DNA from: Parasitella parasitica NRRL 2501
Taxonomy: Eukaryota; Fungi; Mucoromycota
NCBI GenBank assembly: GCA_025201805.1
Contig: MU619265.1
Location: 215,466 to 279,465 of the forward strand
Direction of reading: 5' to 3'
DNA: 64,000 nucleotides
The notes under the pieces are model-generated. The model had not been told where the DNA came from and ran no database searches. It saw only the letters and a program-made list of their open reading frames with translations. A program made the position numbers and the translations under genes. Below, one piece after another: positions 10,449 to 27,481 of the stretch; the stretch's first letter is position 1, and each line of letters starts with the position of its first letter.

Positions 10449-11102
10449 GTTGAAAATATGCTGAAGATACAAGTTTGGAAACTTGTGCTTGTTAATTCGA
10501 GGCGCGTTTCTGTCTAAATTTTTTAAAAAAGGTGACTTTGATAAGTGTAAACCACATCAACTTGCAGGTGCATCGAGAGGTCCACAAGGTGATGAAGCAG
10601 CATGCTAAATGCTATCGCACTTCATTAATCAGATATTGGTTTAATAAAATTACATAGCGCCTGCTTAAAGAGTTCTTAGTGCTACTTTTTTACCATCCAA
10701 ATGTTCATTACAATAAATTTAGTTGTTCACCTGGTATTGAAAACCTCTTTTGAAGTTGGCAGTTTTAGGAGCTTGATCAAGCAAAAAAATAAATCATAAT
10801 ATCTTCAAACTAAATTTACGGTAGTATTCAGAAAAATTAGAAATATGAAATCCAAAACTAGACAGTATATATTTTGTTTTTGATAAAGATATAATTCCTT
10901 GAACTACTTCTCTTTCTGGAATCCCTCTTTAAACTTCAACGTATTACATCCTACATATAGCCAGTCTGCAAAAGCTTGGAATCATACACAACTGCAAAGT
11001 AAATGATAAAGACTCCATATAGCATCTGATAACGAAAAAAAAAAGTTTATTCATAATGTATTACAGTGATTCGAGTATAAAGGGATGTTGCAGACTACAC
11101 AT

Positions 11103-13416
11103 TTAGCCAAATACATCTGTGCCCAAGCCAAGCATTGCCAAATCATAAATGATCACGAATAAAATAGACAAGGAGAGTATAGTACAAGTAACAATGGCTA
11201 AATAAAGTGGATTAAACCATGTTTTGGTTCAAAGGCAGTGAATTTGTCTGCTTGCATAGGCTTTTCCTGCGTTTCGTCATTGTGGGGAGCAACAGCAGAG
11301 GACTTAAATGAAAATACGCTCGCCAGCATGGATGAATGGCGAGAATGGATAGTCGAATAGGTGATTGAGTCATCGGAGCCGTAGATATTTCAGGTGAGCG
11401 AGGTAGCAATAGGCTCATAGGAACTAACAAGTTGCCCGTGAAAGATGGAGATGGTACTGGTGTTCTTGAGCTGTTTTCTCTTTTGGGAGATGAGGGAAGG
11501 CTGGGCGGGAAAGCCAATTATGTGGAGCCATCAGACAGATGATGAGATATTCCCAGGCCGTTTGTTAATAGTCTGCCATTGTCTTCATCAGCAGCACAGA
11601 TTGAAGAAACAAAATCACTACTGTAAACAATTGTAGGGAGGCCAGGTTTGTCTATTGTGGGCGAACGAGCGGCGGCTTCCAACTGACTGTACTTTGATGG
11701 CTTTATGCTTGATCTTTTATTTGATATTGAATAGTTATCGTCAGGAATAAACATTTTAACGTCGTTGTCATCGTGATTCTGTAAGACGGGAAACTGAAAG
11801 TTTGTCCGTTTCTTGGTTTATCGGCTCAACGGAAGCAACGTATTTTCATAAAATTAACAGTCTGTTGTATCTATTAGGCATTTTTTCTCATCTCGGTTAA
11901 TAGTGCTTACAGATTGAAAGAAGAGACAACTCCAGTTTTGGATTGTATTGACCCAATCTTCTGTCTGTAAAGGGCTGTTATTTACAGCATTTTGAGTACA
12001 ATATAAATACTTTCATGGACATGACTTACATGCAGAATAGCCAAGGAAACAAATTTGACCAGAAAAGTGCCCATGCTAGACTACAAATTTCGCCGCGTAG
12101 AAAATTAGATCGGATGACAATAGTGAAAACGGGAATGAAAGCACAAACAGGAAACAAATATGCAGTGACCTTGGGCGCAGTAGAGCCTAGGCAAACAAAC
12201 ATGCGGACATAACGTCAAATTTCATGTACCATTTTCACTTAAAATTGATATAATGTCACTGGTTGCATCCATTTTGTAGGCCATCGCACCACAAATGCCT
12301 AATATATACTTTTTATCGGTATTCGTTTGACGTTTTACGCCTGCTCTTCTTTTCTAGTTACCTAACAGCAAGTAGAATACGGTGGATATGACGACAGATA
12401 TCCATACGCATCGATGGATATCGATATGTGGTTTTAAGCTGTTTACCCATGAAGGAATCTGACAAAAAAAAGGGGGGTTAGCATCCACCAGTTCAGTCCA
12501 TTTGAATGTGAATCAGAACTGCTTTACCGTGGTAATAAAACTATAGTTGAATATAATAATGCCAAGCACCATAGAAGAATTGCTGCCACCTGCAGGTAGC
12601 AGTGATGGATCAAATCCTTGCTGAACAAATGCAGCCACCCATTGAGCTAAAATGCCCGCTAATAAAACGAATAAGGTTATTTGAACTGCAATGTTCTCTA
12701 CCAAGCTAAAGAAACCCATAGGAATAACGAGCAGGGCGGTGAGGAGAAACCCAAACGTAAAAATATAGTAACCTCTGTGGATAAAGGCGAGTTACCGTCA
12801 AATCCAGATGATTGAGAAACGCAGAACCAGTCGCCTGGATAGACTCCTAGACCACATGAGCCTCTAAATACAGCGATGAACATGCTATCAAATGTCTGTA
12901 TACGAAATCATTAGTTAATACGATTCAGCAGAAATTTGATGCAAGACCTACTTGTGCTGCAATGATGATGCTGGCAATGTTGACAGACTGCAATGATACA
13001 AAAAGCATAACTTGGAAGAAGTAATGGTAACTTGTGCCCAAATAGACTTGCGCAATGGTTGTTAATTCGACTTTGGCCTGAAATGTCTCATTTCCATGAA
13101 TACTAGACAAAGCTTCGCAAATAAATAAAGCAGAGTAGCTAGACAGAAATGCCACGACAATAAATATGAATCACGGAGCAGCCCAACCAGACTACACATT
13201 TGATATCAATACAAATGTATGGAGTGTAACCGCAATATATTACTCAATTATTACCTGTTAAAATAATGCTGGAATAGTAGATAAATCTGGACCCTGAATA
13301 TAAATAAATGTCAAACTTACATTAGTTGTAAGGCAGATCAATTTGAAGCTTACAGTCATGCATGATACTAGCATTGCAGTGCTACCAAAGCTGCCTATGC
13401 CTCTTACTGCGGTCAT
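11103..13416 (-). pseudogene. Amino-acid transporter (Aa_trans/AAAP-like) pseudogene
   Basis: Exons read MTAVRGIGSFGSTAMLVSCMT-GPDLSTIPALF, IIIFNYSFITT-IPSWVN and IPVFTIVIRSN. Disablements: in-frame TGA at about 13170, frameshift at about 12765, deletion plus frameshift at about 11780-11850, in-frame TAA at 11518-11520, and frameshifts at about 11345 and 11222. Confidence 0.75.
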
Positions 13417-14866
13417 AGGTGTGAAGTTATTCGTTTGGTGAAGGAAAAAAAAAGAGATAAATAGACTTGGAAGCCGAGCTTTTTAATATGGATATGTCTG
13501 ATATATATGCTCTAGATCAGGATTGGATTTGCCTTTTTTCCCGCAATATTTGGCAAGACCATTCACAGTAAATATGGCCATATAAAAGCAGTTAATTGTT
13601 TCGATTTCATTTCTGGTGGTACAACCCTTATTTCGACAGTTTTACTCTTTTGCTAACGGATATGCTCTCTGTTTATAGGAGATCTACTAGGCTGTTCCTT
13701 TACAAAGGTCTCTATGCACATTTCTATTCGACATTCCCTCAAAATCTGACCAAGTATCTACTTTGGATATTGAAAATCTCCAAAGAAAACATCAACATGG
13801 TTATAGGTCTTGTGTGTTTTATTTATCAGATGAGCGATACATCGATAACCTCAAGGATATGTAAGACAAACAAACAAACAAACGTTATCACTATTTCTTC
13901 AGGTTCCTTACTGTCATTCTTTGTTGGCACGATGTTTCAAACAATTTCGGATTCATCTTGCGAACAAACATCCAGGTGGCTCCAAATGCCCAACGAAATC
14001 AACATGACACAATAGGATTTCGCAAACCATATACCTGATATTCAAAAAAGCCTAGCATGAATTTTTAAAATCTATTCCACTAAGAAATACAAATACATCC
14101 AAGTAATAGCCATTCATCAGCACAGATGAAAACACCTTAATCGCTTAAATTCTAAACAGAGTTGCATAACATGCAATCCACATTAAAAACATTCGTTCTA
14201 CCAGAATTCGTTTCTTATCAGTATAGTGTCTTCTTTATTGGTAGCATTTAAACAAATAGCATTAAATGTTCAAATGCGTTCAGTATGAGGTTCATAAGCC
14301 TTGGCTTCTAAAACTCTTGGCATAAAGCATTTACATACTGCTTGATGTCATAATCAAAGCAAATCGACTCCTAGCATTGCGTTTAATCGATTTTCTTTAT
14401 CTGTCTTGATTGAGGAGGCTTGTTTCGTTCTAGAAAAAAAAAGGAGTGCTAGTAATAATTTCACCATGACAACGTAAATGCAAGTGAATATGTATGGCAT
14501 TAACAATGTCGTTGTCTTTGAGCTATGTGTAGAGACTACATTTCCTTGGGGAACAAACGTCACTTATCTTCTTTGACGATGCCCAATCATAACTACTGGC
14601 ATTCAGAGAAAACCTTTTTTTTTTTTAACAGACAGGATAGAAGGATTTCATTTATAAGTCTGTCGGCTAGGCTCAATTACTTGATCACCCTTTTTTTTTT
14701 TTTTTTTTTTTTTTNNNNNNNNNNTTCCTCTCTAAATCAATTTCAAGAGAAGAGAATAAGTGAATAGACCAAAAGGCTTTCTCCTGGATTCACACATACC
14801 GCAAATCAGAACAGACGATTCATCTGAAATTCTCTCACTTTTTTTTTATTTGCATACACAAATACC

Positions 14867-17968
<3,102 letters not shown>

Positions 17969-18462
17969 ATTTATATCAAATTTCAAATAACACTACTATT
18001 ATATAATCCTTTCTTTGTATTTTTGCAAGGGCGATGCACTTCCACCTTTTAACTTTGAATACGCCTTCAAAGCTCAACGTGGTAGCTTTTGCTGTGTTAT
18101 ACATTCTCATGGTCTCCAAATAACTAAATACAACATGAACAAGGCCCACAACTGAGTGCATGTTGCATGTTTTTTTTATGAGGCTTTACGCTTATCAAAG
18201 AAGAAAGAATTCTTCAAAGCCTTATACTTTATTAGCTCGGGTGCATATTTCACAGACATTTTATCTAGCTGATTCAAAGGTCTGAAGACGAGGTTTGTAA
18301 CAAATCCATGCATTGTTAAAATCCATTTGTTATTTGTTGGAAATTCTCTTGTTTATTTTTTTTACAGTAAAGATATTAAATTTTAGTGAGAATAAATAAA
18401 ACCACAAACCGAATTAGTTGCTAACTTTTAAAGTGGTATTTACATTGTAGTTGCTAATTATA

Positions 18463-20890
18463 TTAATTATCCACAATGAAGAAACCTTCAGCATCATCAT
18501 CAACAATGGCAGCTGCATGTTCGTTAGGTTTAACACCAAAGAATTCCTCATCAATTTCAGGAAAAGCAGAGGGAACATGCTTGTTCAAATTTAAAGCGAG
18601 AAAAGTACAGGTGGTAGCCTTGATGGTAGTAAATTTAGCACCAATTTGGCGAGCATCTAAAAAAGTGAAAATCTTTAGATTTAGTGGTCTTGCAAGAGTC
18701 AATCATTTCAAACTTACAATCAGAACATGCACCTTTTTTAGCATTTAATGAGGCAGGGGCGATTCCAGCGTTGACATTATCAGAACCATGAGCAGCCCAA
18801 GTGCTTTTGTTAGACTTTTTAACGCCATTAGGAGCACAGGTATTTGATGAGGCCGAAAGTGTCGTATTAATGGTGCCAACTTGAGTAATACATGGATTGC
18901 AACACTTCTTGACAGAAAAGGTTGATGTACCAGATTTACTATCAGCAGGATTGGTGATAAATTGACGGTGAAAACCATTCGATTTGGAGTTTACTAAGGA
19001 AGCATCCAGAACAGAATCAGCGAGACCAAGTTTGCCAACAACAACAAAGTCTTGATCAATCTCATTCAAAGTAACAGAGGCGGTATCTTGAGGGACATAG
19101 CGATTGAAATAACCAGCCAAGGAAGTCAAAGCACAAGCAGCAGCAGTAAGGACAGATTTGACAACAAAGAAGCCAAACTCAGTTACAACAAAGGGCTTCT
19201 TGAAAGGAAGAGGCGAGCCATCTTGTTCCAATGAGCGTTCATGATAAGTGGTGACAGGAGATTGAGCAACACAAACGTTATGATAACCTGTCAAAGAAAA
19301 GAAGACACAAGCAGTAGCAGCAAAGACTGAGGCATCAACAAAGAGACCAGAAGAAGCAACCTCAATGGCGACAGAAGTTTTTCCAAGATAAAGAGAAGAT
19401 TCATTATGCCTCAACGGATGCTTAGTAGTAGGTAAACCGTAAAAAGGGTTGTGAATAGAGCTTGTAACATTCATAAAGCCACCAAGACTGTCTGAACTAG
19501 AAGCAATAACCAAACTAGCAGCAACAGGGACATCATAGTAATTATCAGAGTTGGTAGAATTGTCAGAGTCAGATTCAAAATCAACAAAAAATTCTTCATC
19601 GTGATCAACAATAATAGAATCATTACCGTCAATAGGTTGTTTATCAGAAAGAGTATCCTCTTCAGATTTAACAGCAAAGAACTTTTCATCAATGCTAGTA
19701 AAAATAGGTTGACTACCAGAAACACCGCCAGAATAGGTATTACTCAAATTCGTAGCAGTAGGAGTACCAGCAGCACTGACAGCAGTATTAGCAATAGCAA
19801 GCGCAGCACTGTTATGGTGATCATCTAAAGAGGTAAATTTGTTAAATTTGAAAGCCTTACAAGAGTAAATTACTTCAACATTACCATTAAAATAACCATT
19901 GTTTTGGTCACAGTTCATTAAAGAAGCAGAAATGGAACCGTCAATAGCAGATTCTTTGAAGCCAAGCTTGTCAATGACAACAAAGCCTGGGCCAGCCTCA
20001 TTGAAGGCAACGAAATCAGTACCTTGATGAGCAGAACGACTTAAAGAGCCAGCCAAGGCAAGAGCAGCAGGAGCAAAGATCGATTTATCAATGAAGTGAC
20101 CAAATTTAGTGGTAACAGATGACTTTTTGAGATGGGAAAACGTATCAATTTTTTCCAATGGGTCAACGGAAGCAGAAGCTTGAGTAGCATAAAGACAGGG
20201 ATAACCGACCAAGGAAGAAAAAGCACGGGCAGTAACAGTATATGCGTCGTAACAACCAGCCAAGAGAGAGAAACCACGGGCAGTAGCAGCAAAGTCTAAG
20301 CTATCAACAAAGAGGCTATAGTAATTAGTTTCAGTGGCGGCAGAAGTCTTGTCAAGATGGAGAGAAGAATCAGCATGGTCCAATTGACGTTCATTAGCTA
20401 CGCCATAGAAAGGATCATACACGGTATTTGCTACATTGGTAAATCCATCAAGATCACCACGATCAACACTAGTCAAAGAAGGAAGGGCAGAGGCTTCGTA
20501 GAAATTATCAGAATCGGTAGTTTCCTCAGATTCAGATTCATAATCAATACAGACGATGTCTACAAAGAACAAATCAAGAATGTCAAGAGCAAGACCAAGT
20601 TCATTGGAAGTGCCAGCGTAAGGATTATAAGGTGTCAAAGAAGCAGCTTTTTTCATAGCAGTGGCACATTTTGAGGTGGCAGATTTATCAGATCCCAGTT
20701 TAACAGAATGTTCAAAGCAGGAGGTACTCTTGACAACTTTGACAAGTATGCAGTCTTGGAATTCAGAGCAGTTTCGCATGATAATATCACAAGTAGCACT
20801 TTTAGAGGAGTTTGAAGTTCGAAAAGCATTGCATATGCTGTTATACACAGTTGCAAATGGAGAGTAACGGCTCAGTAACTGATCAAACAT
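18463..20890 (-). CDS. Intronless orphan protein with ~320-aa internal tandem duplication (terminal frameshift)
   Basis: Long ORF 18635..21067 with likely ATG at 20890. Units start DYESESEETTDSDNFY (about 20545) and DFESDSDNSTNSDNYY (about 19582). Homology continues in the shifted frame of ORF 18463..18702. Confidence 0.6.
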
Positions 20891-23800
20891 CTTGCTTAAA
20901 AAAAAAAAGAGAAGCTTGATAACCTTGAGTTTTTTTAGTCTCTTGATTTGCCTGGAGTTACTTGTTTCTTCGAGTTCCTCAGGGTTTCTTTTGAGAGCTT
21001 TGAGGGTTTTGAGAATTTGATTGAAGAAAGTATGGAAGAAGAGATATAAAGAGATATAGAGAAGCAAATTGAACTAGACTCATTATATACCATCTCTATG
21101 TGGCTTTTTGTACATTTTCTTTTTGTTTCCATGGTATTAAACTTTACAGCATGGTTACAATCAAGTACGTAAAGAAAAATGCATTAATCAAAACTGCTTC
21201 ATAAACAAAAAAAGTTTCTCGTTACTAAACAAAAGAATATGATCCTCCCCTACAGTTATTAGAGAAGAAACTTTGCTTTTATCACAAATCAACACTTTTT
21301 TACCTATCACAGCAATTCAGTGCATTGGCATTACGCAAAAGTCGAATGAGCCGAGTTTTGCTTTTTCAATCCATCAATTGATTACAACTGTGGCAAATTC
21401 ATGCTACCTATGGACTTTTCTACAAAAAAATAATCTATAAGAGCTAGGCTCCTCAAAAAATGCAAAGCACACTTTTTTTTTTGTGTTCCCTGAGGCAATT
21501 CTATCTATTAAATTAATACCACTGCGTGCACCAACGGCTTCACACATTTAAGGTAAAGATTGAAACATACGTTTTTGACACATTGGGGTATAGCCTACTA
21601 ACAACATAAATTCGAGCTATATCATTAGTTTCACCTTTTCTTGGCAAATCATTATTTAACAGAAAGCTTCGATACAAACAATTATAGCAATAACAAATAC
21701 ACCTAGAAAGGTTGATCTTCCATAGAGATGCTTGCGACAGATACGTAGCAAAACACTACGATTAGCCATAAACTTTATTTCATCTCGCATGCTAATTCTA
21801 GACTTCGAAACAAGTGGGAGAGTCATAAAATGTGTCTTGATATTTCAGCTTGGATGCACTCTTAAATGCCTTGCTCTGAACGCATAGTTTTCACTTGCAA
21901 TTTGGATGAGTGTAGTGGCAAGGCTTCTCTCCTGTATGCGAATTTTCCTGATCTGTTTTGATTGACAAAGCACTTAATTCAGCATTGTCTTTTTTTTGCA
22001 TTCGCTACAATTTTTATAGACAAGAAGGTATAAGGTTTTAGCTCTTTGCTTTGCATATCAACGATAGTTGAAAAAACGTTGTTTCCTTTAATGGATGGCG
22101 ATTGAAACAGCATTAGTGGTATTGATGTCAAGGCATTGATTACCTTGGCTCATTCACATTTATAACGCCAAGTAGTTCGGTCAGATCGACAGTAGGTGGT
22201 AATGCTGCAAATCTGCCTTTACTAGTTGACAGCTGTAGCAATGAGGTTCAAGTATTGCTTGATCAGATGTCTTTACCTGGTGCATGCATCACTGTTGTTT
22301 TGTTGATTGGTCAAAAAATCGAGTATGGTACACTATCTTGATGTGGTTGCACGACTATCACATGTAAAAAAAAAATGTGTTGAGAAAATGCATAATGTGG
22401 GGGGGGATCCTCTCGTGTGCAGTGTCTGCACATGAGAACTCTAAATTTTTGTATGGTGTTGCATTGTCATATGAGCAGATTTGAATCGAACGTATCCGGA
22501 TCACTATACAAAAGGAATGATGCTACATTCATGCACATTCCCATAGCCATTTTTCATTGCATTAACGAACACTTGAATCTTGCGCTCTCTATCCCCCTTT
22601 CTTTATCCAGGGGACACGCAATATTAGTCAATAAACAAAAATTTTCACACCTTTCTTCCATTCAAAGGCTTTTACTCTAACTAATAAAAGCTGGCGAGTA
22701 TTTAATAACAATGCTGTAATTATTTATTAGCATTTATATAATAACTTTTTCAAGTGAAATCTGCTTTGATGACTTCCTAACGGGTTAGTTCTGTAGAAGC
22801 ATAATTATTCATACTCTGAATGACAGTTCTCAAAGTATGTCCTATTATTTTAATGATTATACAGTAATTTCCAAATAATTTTGATACTTACTCCTCAATT
22901 GATGAAAACAATAATTCATGCCTCTCTTCCTGCTGCTGTATAGCTATATCGATTTCGATTTGCTCCTCGTGTCCTCTTGTATCATATTCAACCATTGGCA
23001 AGTGAGCATCTTTTTCGGTCAAGCCAGTGTCGTTAACTCTATGCAACTAGTACGATGAAAATTTTGAGGTCATTAGCAGTAAGATAAAGTGTTTAAACAT
23101 TTACATACATGGTATGTGCTTACAAGAAACTTTACTAGTTTGCTAATCCATGCAAGTGCATGATTTTATTCAGTTTTGTTGAAGGTCAACATCAATTTTA
23201 AAAGATTTGTTATCTTATTATCAACACTAGCAATAGTACTATCGCAAGTAATAGCTACAGTTTAACATCCAGTCCAAGCAACCGCAACCAATGTCAAGTC
23301 AAATGCAACACTCTCTACATCATGATAACAGAGAAAAAGAGGGCTTCAATTTTGAGAATGGGTACATTTAAAGCACATAAACAACTGCTATACATCAGTG
23401 GTTTTGATGATTAGTATGAGAGGAAGGGCTATACTTTAATACATTCGTATGTACATGAAAAGTGATTCGGTAGTACAGTCAGAATCGTTGTCTGCAAGTC
23501 TGAAAAACTTTCAACATAATTGATGGAGAGTGACAGAGGTCCGTCGTATAAAAATGTATATTTGAGCCATCCTACAAAACGCACGACCAGCCACAATATG
23601 TATTATTATACCAGTTTTGCTTGGCTTGCAATTTTGTTCCAAGATTTCTTGAATGGATGAAACTGCGCTATACAAGCCATGTGCCTTACTTTTATTATAT
23701 ATAATACGGCCACTGCTGCTGCCTATGATAAGCCATCTCGACTTGATTTACTAAGCTGACTACTGTTTAGGAGTTTACCTTGCATAAAATACAACAAAAT

Positions 23801-23994
23801 GAAAGAATGAAATCCCGGAATAAGTTCTATGAATGAAGAAAACAATGTAATTTATTGAAAAAGCAAAGACTAAACAGAGAAAGGAATCGAAAAGAAAAGC
23901 AAATGTTCTTGTTTTGGGTGTATATATGTAAAGATGTACAAAAAAAAGTGGAAGTATGTGTATGTGTCGTATGTATAAGTTTTGTGTGTGTGAT

Positions 23995-24408
23995 TTAACA
24001 GGCCATCACAGGGATCAAGTAGCCATGCTCTTCTTCGTCATCTTCGTTTTTGCATTTGTAATGAGTTGATAACCCAGAAAAGAACAGTGGAGTCAGTGAT
24101 TGAGTATTGATAGTTAATTTAGGCTTTTTGGAGTTAATTTTTGGAGTCTCTGGAGTACTGGGAGATTCAAAAGCGCGTCTACGAGAATTGGGAATAAAGG
24201 ACAAATCGAGTGGCATGATTGGAGGTCTATCTTGCTGCTGATGTTGGATAACGGGTATAATAGTAGAAGCAGTAGAGTCTGCGACACTAGGGATTGTAAA
24301 TGTGTACTGGATAGGTTGCGTGGATGCAAAGCAGGATCTATCATATTCATCGGCACTATAGGTAGTGAAAATAGTGATTTCAGGATTAAAGCGAACAAAT
24401 TTTGACAT
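23995..24408 (-). CDS. Small protein with PP1-docking motif (Bni4/neurabin-like)
   Basis: N-terminus KFVRFNPEITIFTTYSADEYDR is an RVxF motif plus TYSxxEYDR, as in the neurabin/spinophilin/Bni4 PP1-binding region. Single 137-aa ORF. Confidence 0.7.
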   Translation of the reverse strand: MSKFVRFNPEITIFTTYSADEYDRSCFASTQPIQYTFTIPSVADSTASTIIPVIQHQQQDRPPIMPLDLSFIPNSRRRAFESPSTPETPKINSKKPKLTINTQSLTPLFFSGLSTHYKCKNEDDEEEHGYLIPVMAC

Positions 24409-24922
24409 GTTGAGTTGTTTTGATGGTTTTCAACAAAAAAGGATCTTCACAAAACATCTGGTCCTTTTATACCTTTTGATGAGCAAGTAGATCTATTTTT
24501 AACCCAAGTAACACGATAAACTTTTATGGTACCAATTACTACCAGTAGTTCTATTTTTACGCATATATATATATCAAGGAAAGCGGCTGCTTTTCATAAT
24601 TCTTGGCTCGCTCAGAAATATTAAGGAGAGCTGTATTTGTACTGTTGTTTCTTTTCTATTGTGCTTTTAATAGATTTATTCAACTAGCATTCTGTAAATA
24701 TAGAATCTGTAGGTTTGAGAAGATTCTATCAAAAAACAAATCATGTTGAAATCAAGTTCATCTTTTTGATGCTAATCGTTCATTGTTCCACTAAAAAGGA
24801 CATGACACTGTCTATGCTCAAATTGATTTAAAGATTCGTACTCCACACGCGCTAAAGCTCTGCCTTGACATTCATTGATGCCAAACCATCAAATTGTGGT
24901 TTAACAATTTTTTATTTCAGGT

Positions 24923-27054
24923 TCAAGCCTCTACTGTCATATCAGTATTACTATTAGAAGAGCTGCTATTATTAATGGGTATTAATTCGTTTGCGGTTTG
25001 GGTGCTGCGTTGGTTCAGCAGAACGTCGCTTGTCACATAGTTGACATTTTGAGCGTGATGGTGATGATGTACGTGGTGATGGGGACGGTGGCGTTGCTGG
25101 TAATGAGCACTAGTCCCAGCAGCGGCTGTTGTATTAACAGATTGGGAAATCATAGTATTACTATTACTAGCATATACATGGTGATGACTGGAATTACTTG
25201 TGTTGTAAACTGTATTTTGCTGCTGTGGTTGCGATTGTCGCGGGGATGGTGCCACTGCTGCTACATATCGTGGTCGTCCCACTTCAAGCACTGCCTCCTT
25301 TGGCACAGCCTCAAGAAATTCTTCTCTCACAGAGGAAGGTAACTCCATTAACATGTTGGATTTCAGTAGATAGCCATAATTTTGAAACATAAAACCCAGA
25401 GCAAGTAGCTTCAGCCCAACCTCTTCTGCCATAATTGCCTTTTCAAAAATCAACCCACAGCTTTCAACAGACATATGGCGTCGATACAGCCTTCGGCAAC
25501 ATAATTTCTTGAGCCTGTGTAGTAAGTACATATTCGCCATGACTAATAAATCGCAAACTATTTGCCACGGCTCTGACTCATCTAACCGGTCGCTGTACAA
25601 AAACTTCAAAAAAGCCATAATCACTTGAACTGGCTCTGGTATTACCATCTTTCGTTCAATTGCTTCTGACATGCCTGATTTGTGTATATTTTTGAAATGA
25701 GGCCAGCGTGTCAGCAAGATGACTTGATGTACATAAATTTCCTCTCCGTTTTCGGCAATGATGGAGAAATCAGATAACTCTGGGCTATTTAGTAACTGAA
25801 CAAACTCTGTAGTGAATCTTGGCTCAGCGATATCATAAAGCCCCAACGATTCTCCATGTATCACCAAGGCATCCCTTTCATGTTGTTAGTATGTAAACAA
25901 AAAAAATTACCGAGAATCTAGTATATTTACCTGAAATGATCATATCCTTGTGGTCTATAAGGATCTGTGTTACCAAGAAATAGTAAATTGTTGACATTGA
26001 TTTGAGATTGAACATCTGCCTGTTCTCCGGATGATTCATTGACTATGGTAAAATAATTCCAACCACCAACTTCAAAATGTCCGTCGCATTCTTGCTTTTC
26101 CCACTCTAATGTGTCCAAATCCAACATCCATAAACTATATGTTGATTCGGGACTATTTAGCTGCTGTTGCTGCTGGTGGGGGTGTTTATTGTTGCTTAAA
26201 TATCTCCCAAAAACTAATAGCTTACCACATGCTGTATCGCAAAAATGTTGGCTCTTTAAAAGAACCATGCTTTTATTGCATGATTGTTGTTGCTGTTGGT
26301 TGCCGCTAAGCACTAAATGAGGCGTGTAAGGTAATTTCTGAAGGTTGACCATAAACAAATCAGATACTGTGTTTCCTTGCTCATCTTTGCCAGCGTAAAT
26401 GTACATTTTATTTCCAACAAGCGTGGCTGAGTGGTTGTATCTAGGTGGCATGTCATGGTATCGTGTCCATACCATTGAATTCAAATCAAGGATACACAAT
26501 TCATCCAAGACATAAGTGCAGTCAGAGCTTTTAGCAAATCCACCATATATAATAAGTTTATCTTCGAATACTGCTGCGCTGTGTAGATAGCGAGAAGATA
26601 CATTTCCTGTAATGTTGGGTTGATGCCATGTCGATGTTTTGAGATTGAAAATATGCACATCTCCACAATATTCTTGGTACTCGTTGCAGCCCCCTAATTA
26701 GTAATATGCATGTTAGTTTGTATTCATGAATCCGGTCGTTAAGTGTACCGAAAACTATGATTGAATCTCTCCATCTTGTTGCTGAATGTCCATATCTTTT
26801 GCATGGTGGAATACCATGTGTGTTCTACGCTGTATTTAGTACCCAAAATAACTACTGATCATTTTTTCACATACCTGTATAACCTCCCATTGCATATTCT
26901 TTAAATCAAGATAATGCAAATTATCAGTTACATTTCCACCTCCACCAAATACGTACAATCGTTGATCTACTTTTACAAACGATGGCCTCCATAGTCCAGC
27001 TAAATTTTGACCTATCGTTTTTATCGGTTGACCGGGTTTCATAAGCATTGCCAT
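24923..27054 (-). CDS. Kelch-repeat + BTB/POZ protein (Cul3 adaptor-like)
   Basis: Kelch repeats (LYVFGGGG, RYLHSA...LIIYGG, RYNHSATLVGNKMYIYAG) and BTB (SDFSII...IYVHQVILLTRWPHF...SGMSEA). Three introns. Confidence 0.9.
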
Positions 27055-27481
27055 TGTTTGGTTTGTTTATTATGCAATGAAATTAACTGTGGTTATATTA
27101 AAAAACAAAACAAAATTCAGAGGAACCAGTAATTGAAGATTGAGAAAAAATAAAAATGAGATATAAAAAGAAGAGAAAGGAAGTATATTAAATACGAAAA
27201 GCTTTATTTCTTGTTGATTGTTGATAAACTACAAAAATTTCCGTATGAAAGAATATGGGTTACCAAATAACAAAAAAGAAGGGGGATGGAGGAGGATTTT
27301 TACTTCAAGAGATGAAGGGGCATTTACAAATGCTCTGAATTAAAGTTTCTCGATTCCTATGTTCCCGTTGCTATACATTATTCGTTCCTGATATTTTTTT
27401 TATTATTATTCAAGTTCATCACTATAATTGTCTTATGCTGTTAATCTATTAAATGTGATTTTCTATACATTCTTTCTCAAT

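Noticed and set aside
13596-14015. 139-aa plus-strand ORF
   Set aside because: TTG start, no recognisable motif, intergenic composition
21100-23900. Gene-poor 2.8-kb stretch possibly holding TE relics
   Set aside because: No ORF, repeat or terminal structure that I can support by eye
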